Source of the DNA: Felis catus
Lineage: Eukaryota
Direction of reading: 5' to 3'
Length of the DNA: 64,000 nucleotides
Assembly: GCF_018350175.1 (NCBI RefSeq)
Contig: NC_058368.1
Span: 19,408,001-19,472,000 of the forward strand
A model generated the notes under the pieces. That model was not told the origin of the DNA. It saw only the letters and a list, made by a program, of their open reading frames with translations, and did not search any database. Made by a program: the position numbers and the translations under genes. Shown here piece after piece: positions 49,901 through 62,600 of the stretch; positions within the stretch are counted from its first letter, which is position 1, and every line of letters begins with the position of its first letter.

Positions 49901-52285
49901 CACATTTGAGTGCAGTCAAGATGATTCTTGAAAATCTCTTAAAGGCTCCACTTTGGATCTCTCAGATCTCTGAGAGAGAGAGAGAGATCCATCTCTCAGA
50001 TCTTCCATCTCTCAGATCACTGCTTTTTCAGTAGAGCTCCAGATGAGGTAGCTAGCCTGTGTTTGTAGACCATGTTGCATGAAAAACACATGAATGTTTA
50101 ACCAGTGAACCACCCTCACTGCCCTGGAATGCTGAGAGGCCTGAGGTTCTGAGGCCGGCTGAGCATACAGCTGGCCCCCGGCTCATGCTCATGAGCGGAA
50201 CTGGCCACACTACTGGACTTGGTTTCTTTTTCCCCTCTCCCCCACCCCCGAGTGCATATAGATGAATTAATACAAATGAAGTGAGCATGTGGTACAATTC
50301 AGTTATACGTACGGGGCTCTGAACTACAGTCTTCACATACTTTATCTCATTTTACTCCCCATAATAGAGAAGTTAAATAACTCACCCAAAGTCACTTAGA
50401 TATTACCAGGCAGACTAAATATCTGATTCTGAAACCTCTACTCTTCTAACATACGTACTTCCCCTCAAAAGAGTTGGAAAGATACGGCATGTATGAGCAG
50501 TGATCGAGTAAGACTGAATATAGTTAAGCCTTGTGCACAGGAGTAGATGAGCCCCGTGAGAGTTTTCATGGAAGAACGGAGGTGGGATCTAATCTGCTCT
50601 GAGAAGAGGAGCAGAGTTTGGAGAGACAGAGCTGACGGGGAGGGCATTCTGCAGGAACCACAAAGAGGTTCAGGCAGGACTGGGGGAGCTGGAGCGGGGA
50701 GGGTTGGAGATGGTTCTTTCTAGAGCAGAGGCTTGGTTAACGGTGGGGAGTTTTGAGTCATCATCTGCCTTGTTTTTAAGGCAGGTCTGTGATGGGAAAC
50801 CTGAGTCCAGGAAGACAGAGAGCAGACCTTTCTAGAAAGACCAGGAAAGATGCGTGTGGGGAAAGATGTTGGTGGGGGATGCTGAGGCGGCCACCGGGTG
50901 GGGGGATGGAGGAAGGGGGAAGGAGCGGGAAGGAGAGCGCTGTGCAGCCATTCCCGCCGATGGCGCCTGCGCAGTGGGAGTGGAGCGTTTCCTCACTAGA
51001 TCCCGCTCAAAACTGGCCGCGATTCACAACGTGGACCTCAGAACTGACTGAGAACCACTCCTGTTGACTGTGTGTAATTTGTATTTTTAGGAGGACTCAA
51101 AAATAAGTTATAAAACCTATTTAGTGAAGAAAAGTGACCTGTCCGTGACCCAAGAAGCACCTCAGGAAGAAGTTCCTGTACAGGTGATGGTTATTAGTAG
51201 GTGATCGTGTGTTTCCCAGTGAGGTGGCTCTAAGCCTGGGCGTTCTTTTTTTTTTTTTTAAGTTTATTTAATTTCGAGAGAGAGAGACAGAGCATGCGTG
51301 GGGGAAGGGCACAGAGAGATGGAGACACAGAATCCGGAGCAGGCTTCAGGCCCCGATTTGGGGCTCTAACCCACGAACCATGAGATCATGAACTGAGCCA
51401 AAACCAAGAGTCAGTGCTCAACTGACTGAGCCACCCAGGTGCTCCTCTAGGCCGGAAGTTCTTACCCCTCACTGTTCAGGAGAGCTGTGTGCGAAAGTTC
51501 TTAATAACTCAACACCTAGGCTCTACCCCCAGATGGTCTGGGGTGGGGCCCAGGCATTCTGTTTTCAGAAGCTGGCTGGGTGATTTAATGTGCAGCCATG
51601 CGTGAGAAGGACTCTCCTGTGTGTGTATAAGAGTTCAGCTTTCTGGATGGTGTTCGAATCGGTGTCTCAGACACCTTGGTCAGAAATCTAATGGTTAATG
51701 TCTTTACTTCAACCTTACGTTTTTGGTGGGAGGAGGGAACTGGGCAGAGATGAATTATCAAATGGCTCCCAAGAAGGTTTTTTCTTTTTTTCTTTCTGGG
51801 AGGTCTTTCACCTTTATCTTCAAGGTGCCACGAGGGCTTGGTTAAGGGTGGGTGAGGGGGGCCAGTGTTGGTGAAGACTGAAAGGCTCCCCGAGTGTTTT
51901 GCTTGGGACCTTCCACGACGTGATGCCGGGGAGCTCTAACATGAACCGACTCGGGGGGATGGGGCTCCGGAGTCTAAGATGGTTGTATTTTAAGGAAAAT
52001 AAAGCCATAGGACACTTCTTGTACAAATGAGACAACCAGACCCCACAATCAAATCTAGACAGGCAGCTTCACAAAATCAGTAAGATACAAAAGTCACAGT
52101 CCTGTTTCAGAGTTCGTAATATTGCAAGGCAGAAACGTGCCCTTCCCAGGGCTGCAGGGGAAGCAGGGATTAATGATTCAAACTAACACCTGCTGTATGC
52201 AATGTACCTACAGATGAGGCAGCACTGAATTCTAAGGGAGAGATGATAGAGACCTCCTGTAACATGGCGGAGGGAAGAGAGCATT

Positions 52286-52336
<51 letters not shown>

Positions 52337-55300
52337 AAAAAGACTCCTGTGTTTCTGGCTTAAAAGTAAATATCATTTACTAAGATGGGGAAGAGTGGGG
52401 AGCAAGGTTGTGGCGGGGGGTTGTACTCTGGACATACTGAGTTGGAGAAAATCTGAGGGACTCCATGCCTGCTTCAGGGCTCCCCACACACGGAACATGC
52501 TTTCCCCGGACCTTCACATATGCCAGGTGCAACATCATCCCAGGGATTCCATCACATGCCAGGACAGGCTTTTCCTGCATTACTCTCCTCCTCTCCTCTT
52601 TTTCTGTGCTGTCACCCTGTTTGATTTCCTTCATAGCACATAGCACTTTCTGCAACGAGTCGCTAATTGAACTTATTTAGTACCTGTGTTATTGCAGTAA
52701 AATGGAAGTTCCATGTCAGCAGGGATCTTTGGTCACATTCACCGCACTAACCCAATGTGTAGGACGGTGTCCGGCACATGGTGGGTTCTCTGTGTGAATG
52801 TGTGGAATGAATGTCAAGGTGAAGATGATGCTAAGTAGGCAGTTAAGTAGGTGAGCCTGCAGCTCAGAGGGGAGGAAAGAGCATCCCTGGAGGTGCACAT
52901 TTCAGGGTCCTTGCATAAGGGTGGCCCTTAAATCCAACTGCTGACACCCTGCACTGAAGAAGAGAGGGGCAGAGGGCCCCGGACTGCATCCCAAGAAAGC
53001 CCAGTACTTACAGTTCACCTCTCACCTGTTCCTTCGACATTCTCGTCATCTACTTTCACAGTCATCTTCTCTTCTTTGAAATTGCCCAGCAATTTTTAGA
53101 GTCCTCTCCTTCCTTTTTACTATTGTGAGCAGTGCACTTGTTTTCCTGGTTACAATCGTAAGCCTCTTAAGGGAGGGATCCTGTAGCCAAAATTATATTC
53201 TTGAATTAGATTAGTTGTACTGGACCAGAGTGATAAGCATTGTCACATTTTGGAGTTTTTGCCATTGCAATGCCAACCTCCAATGTATTGCTATTTCAAG
53301 TTAATGGATGTTGTGTCCAAGTTTTTAGTGAATTATTGTTAACTTTCCTTTACAAAGGCATGTTTTGATGCTCAAATTAATCATTGGATTCAATCCAGAA
53401 GTCAAGTAATGTAAACAGACCATGCTGTGAATTCAGGGGTTGTGAAACTATCATTGTTTGATCAATGTTCAATGCTAGATTTTAATTTTTCTCTAAACTT
53501 GCAGGATATTGAAAGAGACTTGAAACAAATTAGAGTTCAGACCATAAAGGAAAGAAACATTCCAGAACAGAACTGTAAAGCTAAGGTAATAAACATTTGG
53601 TCTTGTGGGTCATATTAAGCAGCTTGCTGTGGGGCGGGGGGCACACCTTGCAATCTGGGTTGCCTACAGGACTTTTCCCCCTACTATTTTATGGAATTGC
53701 CTTATTTTGTGATGTTCAGCTAACGGTTTTAAGTATCTGTAATGTCAAATAGGAGTTGTAATTTTAACACTTTTATTAGATTGCTAAACTAATATTATTT
53801 TCCTTGCTTTCTTCTAGAGAGGAGTGAAATTTGAAATTAGTTTAAACCAATGTATTTCTGATGAAAAAACCCTCCAAGAGGAAGAGGTATGCCATTAAGT
53901 ATTTATTTCCATTAATAGGTATGAGAAAAATGAGTGTCTCAATAGCACATTTAATGAAGTTTTTCAATAGGCCATAGGGAGAATTTTCTTAAGTCTTCCT
54001 AGAAGGAACTCTGGTGTTCAAATGAGTCTTCCAAAAGGCTTTTTATCTTACCATTCTTTTTTTCATTGAGATTATTCCCTTAGATGGATTATTCCAATCT
54101 AATTTACTTTTCTCTTGTAAAGGAATTATTTTCTCATAATATTAACTGTTTGTCCTTGCCAAATTAAAATAGAAGACTTAATTATAGTCAACAACTAATA
54201 TACTTACCTAAAACATTGAGCAGATATCCTGAAACAGTGCACATTTCTTTTAGGTCTTAATTAGTTATTGATAAGTTTCTTCTGGTCTTTGGATAAATCT
54301 CAGTTATGCACTTGGGCTCTCATTGACATAGTGATAAATGCACGAATACGGTAAACTCAAACTTCATTTTATTACTTGTATTCAACATCTTTTTTAATCC
54401 CACTTTTTACCAGACCTGTTCACAAAAATCAGAATCAACTGATTGGTGTCTCCATTTCACCTTCACTAACTCTGCCTTTTAAATTACCAAAAGTTACATG
54501 TAAACACATAGGAGCTATATCACGTCTGCTACTTAATTTCTTTCATTCATGTTCTTCATTAGCTGAAAAATTTTTAATGCTATCATTTCTTTTAGATGTT
54601 TTTGTTTTTTTTTTTTAATTTTTTTTTCAACATTTTTTATTTATTTTTGGGACAGAGAGAGACAGAGCACGAACGGGGGAGGGGCAGAGAGAGAGGGAGA
54701 CACAGAATCGGAAACAGGCTCCAGGCTCTGAGCCATCAGCCCAGAGCCTGATGCGGGGCTCGAACTCCCGGACCGCGAGATCGCGACCTGGCTGAAGTCG
54801 GACGCTCAACCGACTGCGCCACCCAGGCGCCCCTTAGATGTTTTTGTTTTGAACAGACTTCATGTGTTAGAGCATTTTTGGGTCCATGGCAAAAATGAGC
54901 AGAAGGTACAGAGATTTCCCATCCATCCCTGGTTCCACACATGCACAGCCTGCCCCCCTCCCCGCCCCGGGGTGGAACATTTGTTATACCTGATAAACCT
55001 AGATGGGCACATCATAATCACCCAAAGTCCCTGGTTCACATTAGGGTTCACTCTTGGTTTTGTACATTCTGTGGGTTTTGTCAGACATATAGCGACACGT
55101 ATCCATCATTATGGTACCATACGGAATAGTTTCCCTGCCCTAAAAATCCTCTGTGCTCCAATTACCTTTCAGATTTTTATTAGCATTTTGCCACATAGAG
55201 ACTTCTTAGAGTGGTGATAGTTAATACTCACTTCTCTTTAACCACTAGGTGTCTTAGCGTCCCAGCCCTATGGGGACCAGAGGGGGCAGATCCGGGGACC

Positions 55301-58300
55301 TATTTCAGGGCTGGAGTGGTGCATCCACGGCAATTCTATGAAGCCAGGTGCCAAAGCTGGCCTGTTAGTATAAAGGAAGAGAGTAAAAAAAAAAAACAAA
55401 ACTGTTATCTGTCAGGGTTCTTCACCCTTTGTTACTCGATGCTTTGATGTGCTTAAAACAGAGTGATCATTTTAGTATTGTTTGTGGAGTATTAGGAGCA
55501 GTTTTAGGGACCTGATTGGGAACATTGTGCACTTAAAGCAGGGCGTGGATGAGATAACCTTGAGAGTTCTATAGAATGGAACTGCAGGAGGATAGAATTC
55601 AAGGCAGGAAGTCTGGATAAAATCAAGTTGCCCTATGATTGGTGCTTGTCGCTGTTGAGAAAGAAGGAGAAGAAACAAAAACATTCCTGTTTCTATCTTG
55701 TTCCAACATAGTTCCAGTTTTAAAATGCTACTAACTTATTTGTTTAATATACATATGTTGAATACTTCTCACATGCCTTGGTAAATGTTATTACTGAGAA
55801 CACACACAAAAAATTTTTAACGTATTTCTTTCCTAAAAATATGGCTTATTTGTCATGAAACACTGTGGAATTGCTTTAGGTAACGGATGTGCGAAATGAA
55901 ACTTTGACCTTTGAGGATGACATGAAGCTTAAGGAATATGAAGATTATACAGACAAAGCATTTGAAAAACTCTGTTGTCCAGAAGCAGGTACGTGTTGTG
56001 GCTCTTGAGAGCCGTAGATGAGAAAGAACGTTTCATTGGCGATCCATCACAGTCCCTCTCCTCGCTCACCTGCAACTCTGTGTCACCTTCCCTGCTCCAT
56101 GGGCCCTAGCTGGCAGAGCCCTGGCTCCTCTGCCCCCAGAGACCCAGCCCTTTGTACCTGCTCTGTGCTGTCTCCTTGGGCACCTGCCCCCAGCCGGCAG
56201 CTCCACACCACCCACGTTCTCATTGTCTGCTGGAGTGTTCCTTGGACAAGTCCCACTAGCCTCTCGGATTCATCAGTTGTCACTTGAATTTTGGAGCTCT
56301 TCCTTCCCAGCCATCCTTTATTGTGGGGACTGCCAGCATCAGGCTGACTGTTCCTGCTGCACACCGCGGTGGGTTCTCCTCTGAGACGTCTCTGGAGTTT
56401 TCCTCTTCCTTCAGCCCCTCGGCCACCGGTTTAGGGCCCGGTCGTCTCTCAGCAGTGTGGCGAGATAGTGAATGCGTGGAGTTTGGATCCGAGCTGCCAC
56501 TGCCACTTTCTGACTGTGTGACCTTTCACAAATGACTACAGTGCTCTGAACCTCAGCTTCCTCCTAGGAACGGGGATAATAGTACTTGCCACACAGGCTT
56601 ACTGTGAGGACAAAAGTGAAATGTGATATATCGAGTACCTGGCACATAGTAGGTGCTTCATAAATGCTATTTCTAACTTGTCTTTTTCCTGTGCCTCACT
56701 GTCCTGCCTTATTCTCTTATGTGTCCTTCTTTTCTCTAGTATTTTCCCCTTCATTCTCTAAATAGCTGCTGGAATTATCTTGGTATATTACTCTTCTACT
56801 TAAACTTTTTCTGGATAATGCTTACAGGATTCCTCACAGTCCATTCCACATAGTATCCTGTTTAACATTGTGGTACCTGAGCCTGTGCTCACCCACCTTT
56901 CCTGCCCCAGCACCCCTCTTTCCTACCACTGATGATGGGATCCATGCAGCCTCCTGGAGCACCCCTCTTCCCTTACAGCTGTGTGAGCATTTACGTGCCT
57001 TCGCGTGGCTTGGGGTCTTCTTCCTAGAATAATACACTTCACCTCATGTCCAGGTGATTCCAGAAAATAAACCTTTATTCAGTTCAGCAGGCATCTTACT
57101 GAGAAGCTCCATGTGCACAGACCGTGCGAGGTGGTAAGGATCTCAGCGATGAATGAAAACGGAGTCTGCCCTCGACATCTCAGTAGCATCGAGCCAAAGA
57201 GAGGGGGGACAAAACATGTTTTCTGAGCCCAAATACTAATCATCATTATAGTGCCAGCTGGCTGGAGAGTCAGGGAGGTACCCGCACCTACAGAGCTTGG
57301 CATGCTAAAGAGCTTGGGCTTTTCCTGTATGGTGACCTTCAACCAAAGGGAATTAAATGCTCTTTGTGATGGAGAAAGACCAGGCTGGCTGCAGTGTAAG
57401 GATGGTGTGGATGTAAGTGGCCAGACTGTAGGCAGGAGACAAATAGCTCAGGTGTGAAATGACAGGTGCACAGGCCAGAGTGGTGCGGTGACAATAGACA
57501 CTGAAGTGTGAACCCCTGAGTGTGGTGGTTGAGGAAGAGAAGGAGGCCAAGGATCCTCCCAGTTTTCCAATTCAGGTGGATGAAGCTGTTACCAGCCAAA
57601 TAGGCACACACATCGCGTGGAGGGAGGTGAGCGGACATAGTATCACGCTCTAGATTTGGGACACATTGAGGTTTAGGTCTTTCTGAGCCTCGGCTGGAGA
57701 TGCTTAGAAGATGCTAGCTGTGGAAGACTGAAGCTCTTGGACAAGTCAGAGTCTCCATAGTATACACACGGTATTATCATAATCACCTTAACGATGGTCG
57801 AAAATACCTAGGCAGAGGGACTAGAGTGAGAAGGAAATAGAACTTGGGACAGACCCTAACGATGTTTAGACAAGTTTTGGGAAAATCCAGAGAGAGTGAA
57901 GCCAAAAGAGGAAAGTTCTAGAAGGGGGTGCAGGGTTGGCAGCATCAACTGGAAAGGCTAAGGGAAGTGGGTTGAATAAGAACCTATAGGTTTGGCCGTC
58001 AGGATCTTATAGTGGCCTGAGCGAAAGTTGCAGAGGAAGGGACAAATTCCAAGGTTATTCTTTGCATTGCATAAATTTTCTGGAAAGAGGAGGCTGTAAG
58101 TTGTAGGTCTCACAAGATGTAGCTGCCTTTTTTTTTTAGATTAAAGAGATTTCAGTTGGGTACAGAAAATGGCCTTTAAACTTCTCTGCATTCCTGTAAT
58201 TATAATTCAGGTTGAAAATTTTTTTCCATATGTTTTGATCATCCATATTTCTCTTGTGAATTATGTGCTTTCATCTTTCATTCATTTATCCACTGAAAAT

Positions 58301-59588
58301 GGCATTTATTTTTCTCTTTATAAGACACTTGAAGTTAAAGCGTTACCTGTAATATGTATCGCAAGTATTTTTCTCATTTAGTTTTCAGATCTCATTTCCA
58401 GTAACAACAGCAAGTGTGTGTATGTGTGCACATATATAATTTAGGAGTAAACTTTATAAGGGTTTGCAGAGCATGTGAAGAACGTTATAAAACCTTACTG
58501 AGGTAGTTAAAGATCACTTGAGTAAATGGGGAGAAATAACACTGTTCTATATTAGAAATATTCTTTCCAAATATATATATGGATTTTGTCAGTTTCAATC
58601 AAAACCACAAAAAAATGAGAACATCTTGGCAGTTTGGAGAATGTTGGAGATTCGAAGGGGCACATATGGCTTTCAAATGTCAAAATATATTCTATAAATT
58701 ATAGTCATCGAAAGAATATGATACTAGCATCAGAATAGATAAAGCAGTGAAAAGAAGAAATAGTTTAGAAACAAATCTGAGTGTGGATAATAACTTAGTA
58801 TATGCTGAAAGTTATACCACAAGTTAGTGGGAAAGAAAGGCTCAATCAAATAAATGTTGCTAGGCCAATCAGTTAACAATTTAGGGGAAAGTTGTGAAGT
58901 CAGACCCTATATAATGATACAACAAAATGAAAATAAAAATTTAAAAAGCCAAAGAATTTATACGTAAAAAATGAAGATATATATTAGAAAGTTAATTAAA
59001 AGAACAATTGAAACTAAAGGAAAGCTATGGAATAGAGAAGATGTTTGCAAATAACATACCCGATAAAGGGTCAGTATCTGAAACATATAAAGAACTTATA
59101 AAACTCAGTACCCCAAAAATGAATAATCCAATTAAAAAATGGCAGAAGACATGAATAGACATTTTCCCAAAGAAGACAGACAGATGTCCAACAGACAAAG
59201 ATGCTCAACATCACTGATCATCAGGGAAAAGCAAACCAAAACCACAATGAGATGTCACCTCACACCTGTCAGAACGGCTGGAATCAACAATACAACAACA
59301 GATGTTGGCGAGGATGTGAAAGAAAGGGGAACCCTTTGGTGGGAATGCAAACTGGTGAAGCCATTCTGGAAAACAGTATGGAGATTCCTCAAAAAGTGAA
59401 AAATAGATCCAGTCCTATTAGATAGAAATATCCCAGCAATTGCACTACTAGGTATTTACCCAAACAATACAAAAATACTAATTCAAAGAGAGATATGCAT
59501 CCCAATATTTATAGCAGCATTTTCTACAATAGCCAAACTATGGAAACAGCCCAACTGTCCATCAACTGATGAATGGGTAAAGAAGATG

Positions 59589-59638
<50 letters not shown>

Positions 59639-62600
59639 ACACAGTGGAATTTTACTCAGCCATCAAACAGAATGAAATCTTGCCATTTGCAACAACATGG
59701 ATACAGCTAGAGAATATTATCCTAAGTGAAATAAATCAGAGGAAAACCAATATATGATTTCACTCATATGTGGTATTTAAGAAACAAATGAGCACTGGGA
59801 AAGTGAGAGAGAGAGAAAGGCAAACCATGAAGCAGACTCTTAACTATAGAGAACAAACTGATGGTTACCAGAGGTGAGGGGGCTGGGGGGAAGGGTTAAG
59901 TAGGTGACGGGGATTAAAGAGTGCACTTGTGATGGGCACTGGGTGATGTATGGAAGTGTTGAATCACTACATTGTATACCTGAAACTAATATTACACTGT
60001 AAACTAACTAGAATTTAAAACAACAACAAAAAAATAAAAAGAAGTAAGAGAAAATATAGGTGTTTTCCTTTTTGGTTAGGGAAAACTACTCAAAATACAT
60101 GGAAAACAATCATGGGCAAATTAGTAATAGAGTCCACGTTAGCAGTGAAAAGCTTTGGTAAAGCAAATAATCTAGCTCCTAGAATTGTCATCTTCTGTAG
60201 TTTTTCTAGGGTAAATAATCATGAATGTCCACAAACATTTAGCTACGATGATCTCATTATAGTATTATTTATAAAAGTGAAAAATTACTAGCAAACTAAA
60301 CATCCAACTACAAAGAATTCTAATACATCCACAAAACAATACTATATTTGCTTTAAAATGGGCATATAGAAGAGTAGCTAATAAACTATGATATGTTACT
60401 CATTGAAAAGAGTAAGTTCTGAAAGTTACGCATAGTGTGAGGCCCATTTTTGTTTCAAAACACAGAATCTATATTCAAGCAGAAATTTTTAAATTTTTAA
60501 TAGTCTCTAGATGGTGAGATTATGGGTAACTTTTATTTTCTTCTACTTATCTGATTTTCATATTTCCTATAGTGAAACATAGTAGTAAATAAAAAGATTT
60601 TTAAATTAAGATAACAGAACTGAATGCATTTCCATGGAAACCGACTGAAGTAAAATGCTCAGAAGTACCTCAAGGAATTTGTCCATTCTTGTCACTAATA
60701 TTTACTAACATTTGGATATATTGGCTAGTCAATCAAATATTACTAATAAAAATGGAACAGCTCGTAAGCCTGTTTAAAATTTCAGTCTTGTAAGTTATGA
60801 TGTATGCCTTAGTCTGTTTGGGCTGCTATAACAAAATGCCATTAACTCAGTGGCTTATAAACAACAAACATTTATTTCTCACAGTTCTGGAAGCTGGAAA
60901 GTCCAAGATCTTGGTGCTGGCAGAGTTGGTGTCTGGTGAGGGCCCACTGCCATGTTTTCACTGTGTCCTCACTTAGCAGAAAGGGTGAAGAGCTCTGCGG
61001 GATCTCTTTTATAAGAGCACTAATCCCATTCATGAGGGCTCCACCCTCATGACCTCATCATCCCCCCCCCCCCCCCCGCCCCAGAAAACCCCACCTCCCA
61101 ATATCATCACATTGGGCATTAGGTTTCCACATAGGAATCTGGGGTGGAGACTGGGCACAAGCATTCAGTCTGTAACAATCTGTGTTCGAATGAGGTGGTC
61201 ATTTCTCTGTTTTTGAGTGTACCAGCTGATGGACTGCCTCCAGGGTTCCTGAGCACTGTTTGGTACAATTAGTTGCACTTTGACTGCTTTTAAAATAACG
61301 AGTCATTTTCTCATACTCAGAGTTGTTCATTCAAGATACTGGTGTGGCTGCAGAGAACAGGAGACAGTGGGACGCACGAGCTCCTCAGACTCTCCTGGAG
61401 ATGATGGCAGCCGGTGACATGACCTCCACCTGTTCCACTCTGCTGGGCGGGGAATCTACACTCGTTCAGTGTAAGTTGCCAGCAGGGGGAGACAAAGCCT
61501 CAGCTGCAGCTTTGTTGCTGGTGCTCAGCTTGATGCCACAGTTCTTTTAGTACAATCCCTATACATTTAGTATCAGATATATTTCAAAGACATTGTTCTG
61601 GTATCTGCCCCACCTCCTGAGAAACTTGCCTGCTAATTATGCTAGACAACTGATGACTCCAGTTCATGAGAATAGAAAGGAGGAAAGGTCCAGAATCCCC
61701 TTTCCTTGTGGGGAGGGAGATTGTCTAAGGAAGGACAGTTGGCTTGACTTGCCTTCCCATGCTAGCCCCATTACTTCCTTGGAATTTCTTGCAGGGGTTG
61801 GTTTTTTTTCCATCAATAAAATCCGAATTAAGATGATGGCTATCCACAAAGGTTAGAGTTAGCAGTACAAAAATACATAGAAAATTGCTTTGTAAACCAG
61901 TGTGCTATTGAAATGTTAGGAGTGTTTAGAATATGATATTTCCAACCTAAATTCCTTCGTTTACATCTGAGCTTCCGTCATAGTCTTTCCATTGGAGGTG
62001 TTCACAGCAAAGTCTGGGTGTTATTTTTACAGGTGGTGAAGATTTTTCTTACTTCCTGTGTTCCTCTTGATAACATAGGGTTGGAGGAGAGCTGAACTTT
62101 ATACCCATTTCATAACTTGAAATGTGTAACTATATCACAGACATTTATAAATGTGTGAGTTGACTTACATTTATACCATTAAAAAACACTAAAGTCCTCA
62201 AACTTGCAAGAGGGGGCTTGCAAACATAATACAATTTCATCTGTTTGAAGCCAATGAGATAATAAGAAGGAAAACCTAGTTTAAAATAAACAAGCGGAAT
62301 AGAAATTTTAACATACCAGTGTGGCTAGTTTACAAAGCACAAAAGTGACTCTCCTACCCATCAGCCATGTGTCGTAAGTCACTAACCTTTTCTGTATCTC
62401 CGTTTTCTTGCTGGTACCATGAGGGGTGGGATTAGGTCACCTTCTAACATTCCATGATTTTATAAGAACTCAAATGAAGAAACATTTTTATTTTCAGTAA
62501 CACAGTTTCCTCTTCAGGTGGCCAAGGGATTGTGACTGAAGGCGTTCCAGAAAATAGGAAACAGTGGCGGCACGAAGTGCCAGGAGCTTTAATGAACGCT

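Noticed and set aside
49958..50020. Small hairpin and atctctcagatc repeats
   Set aside because: Low-complexity local slippage; too short to support an RNA gene.
59139..59399. ORF with L1 ORF2 similarity as an active element
   Set aside because: Only a ~1-kb degenerate 3' fragment with frameshifts and stops.
62491..62505. Alternative acceptors upstream of exon 62518
   Set aside because: The AG at 62496-62497 shifts the frame. The AG at 62504-62505 is in frame but has a poorer adjacent pyrimidine tract, so 62518 is preferred.
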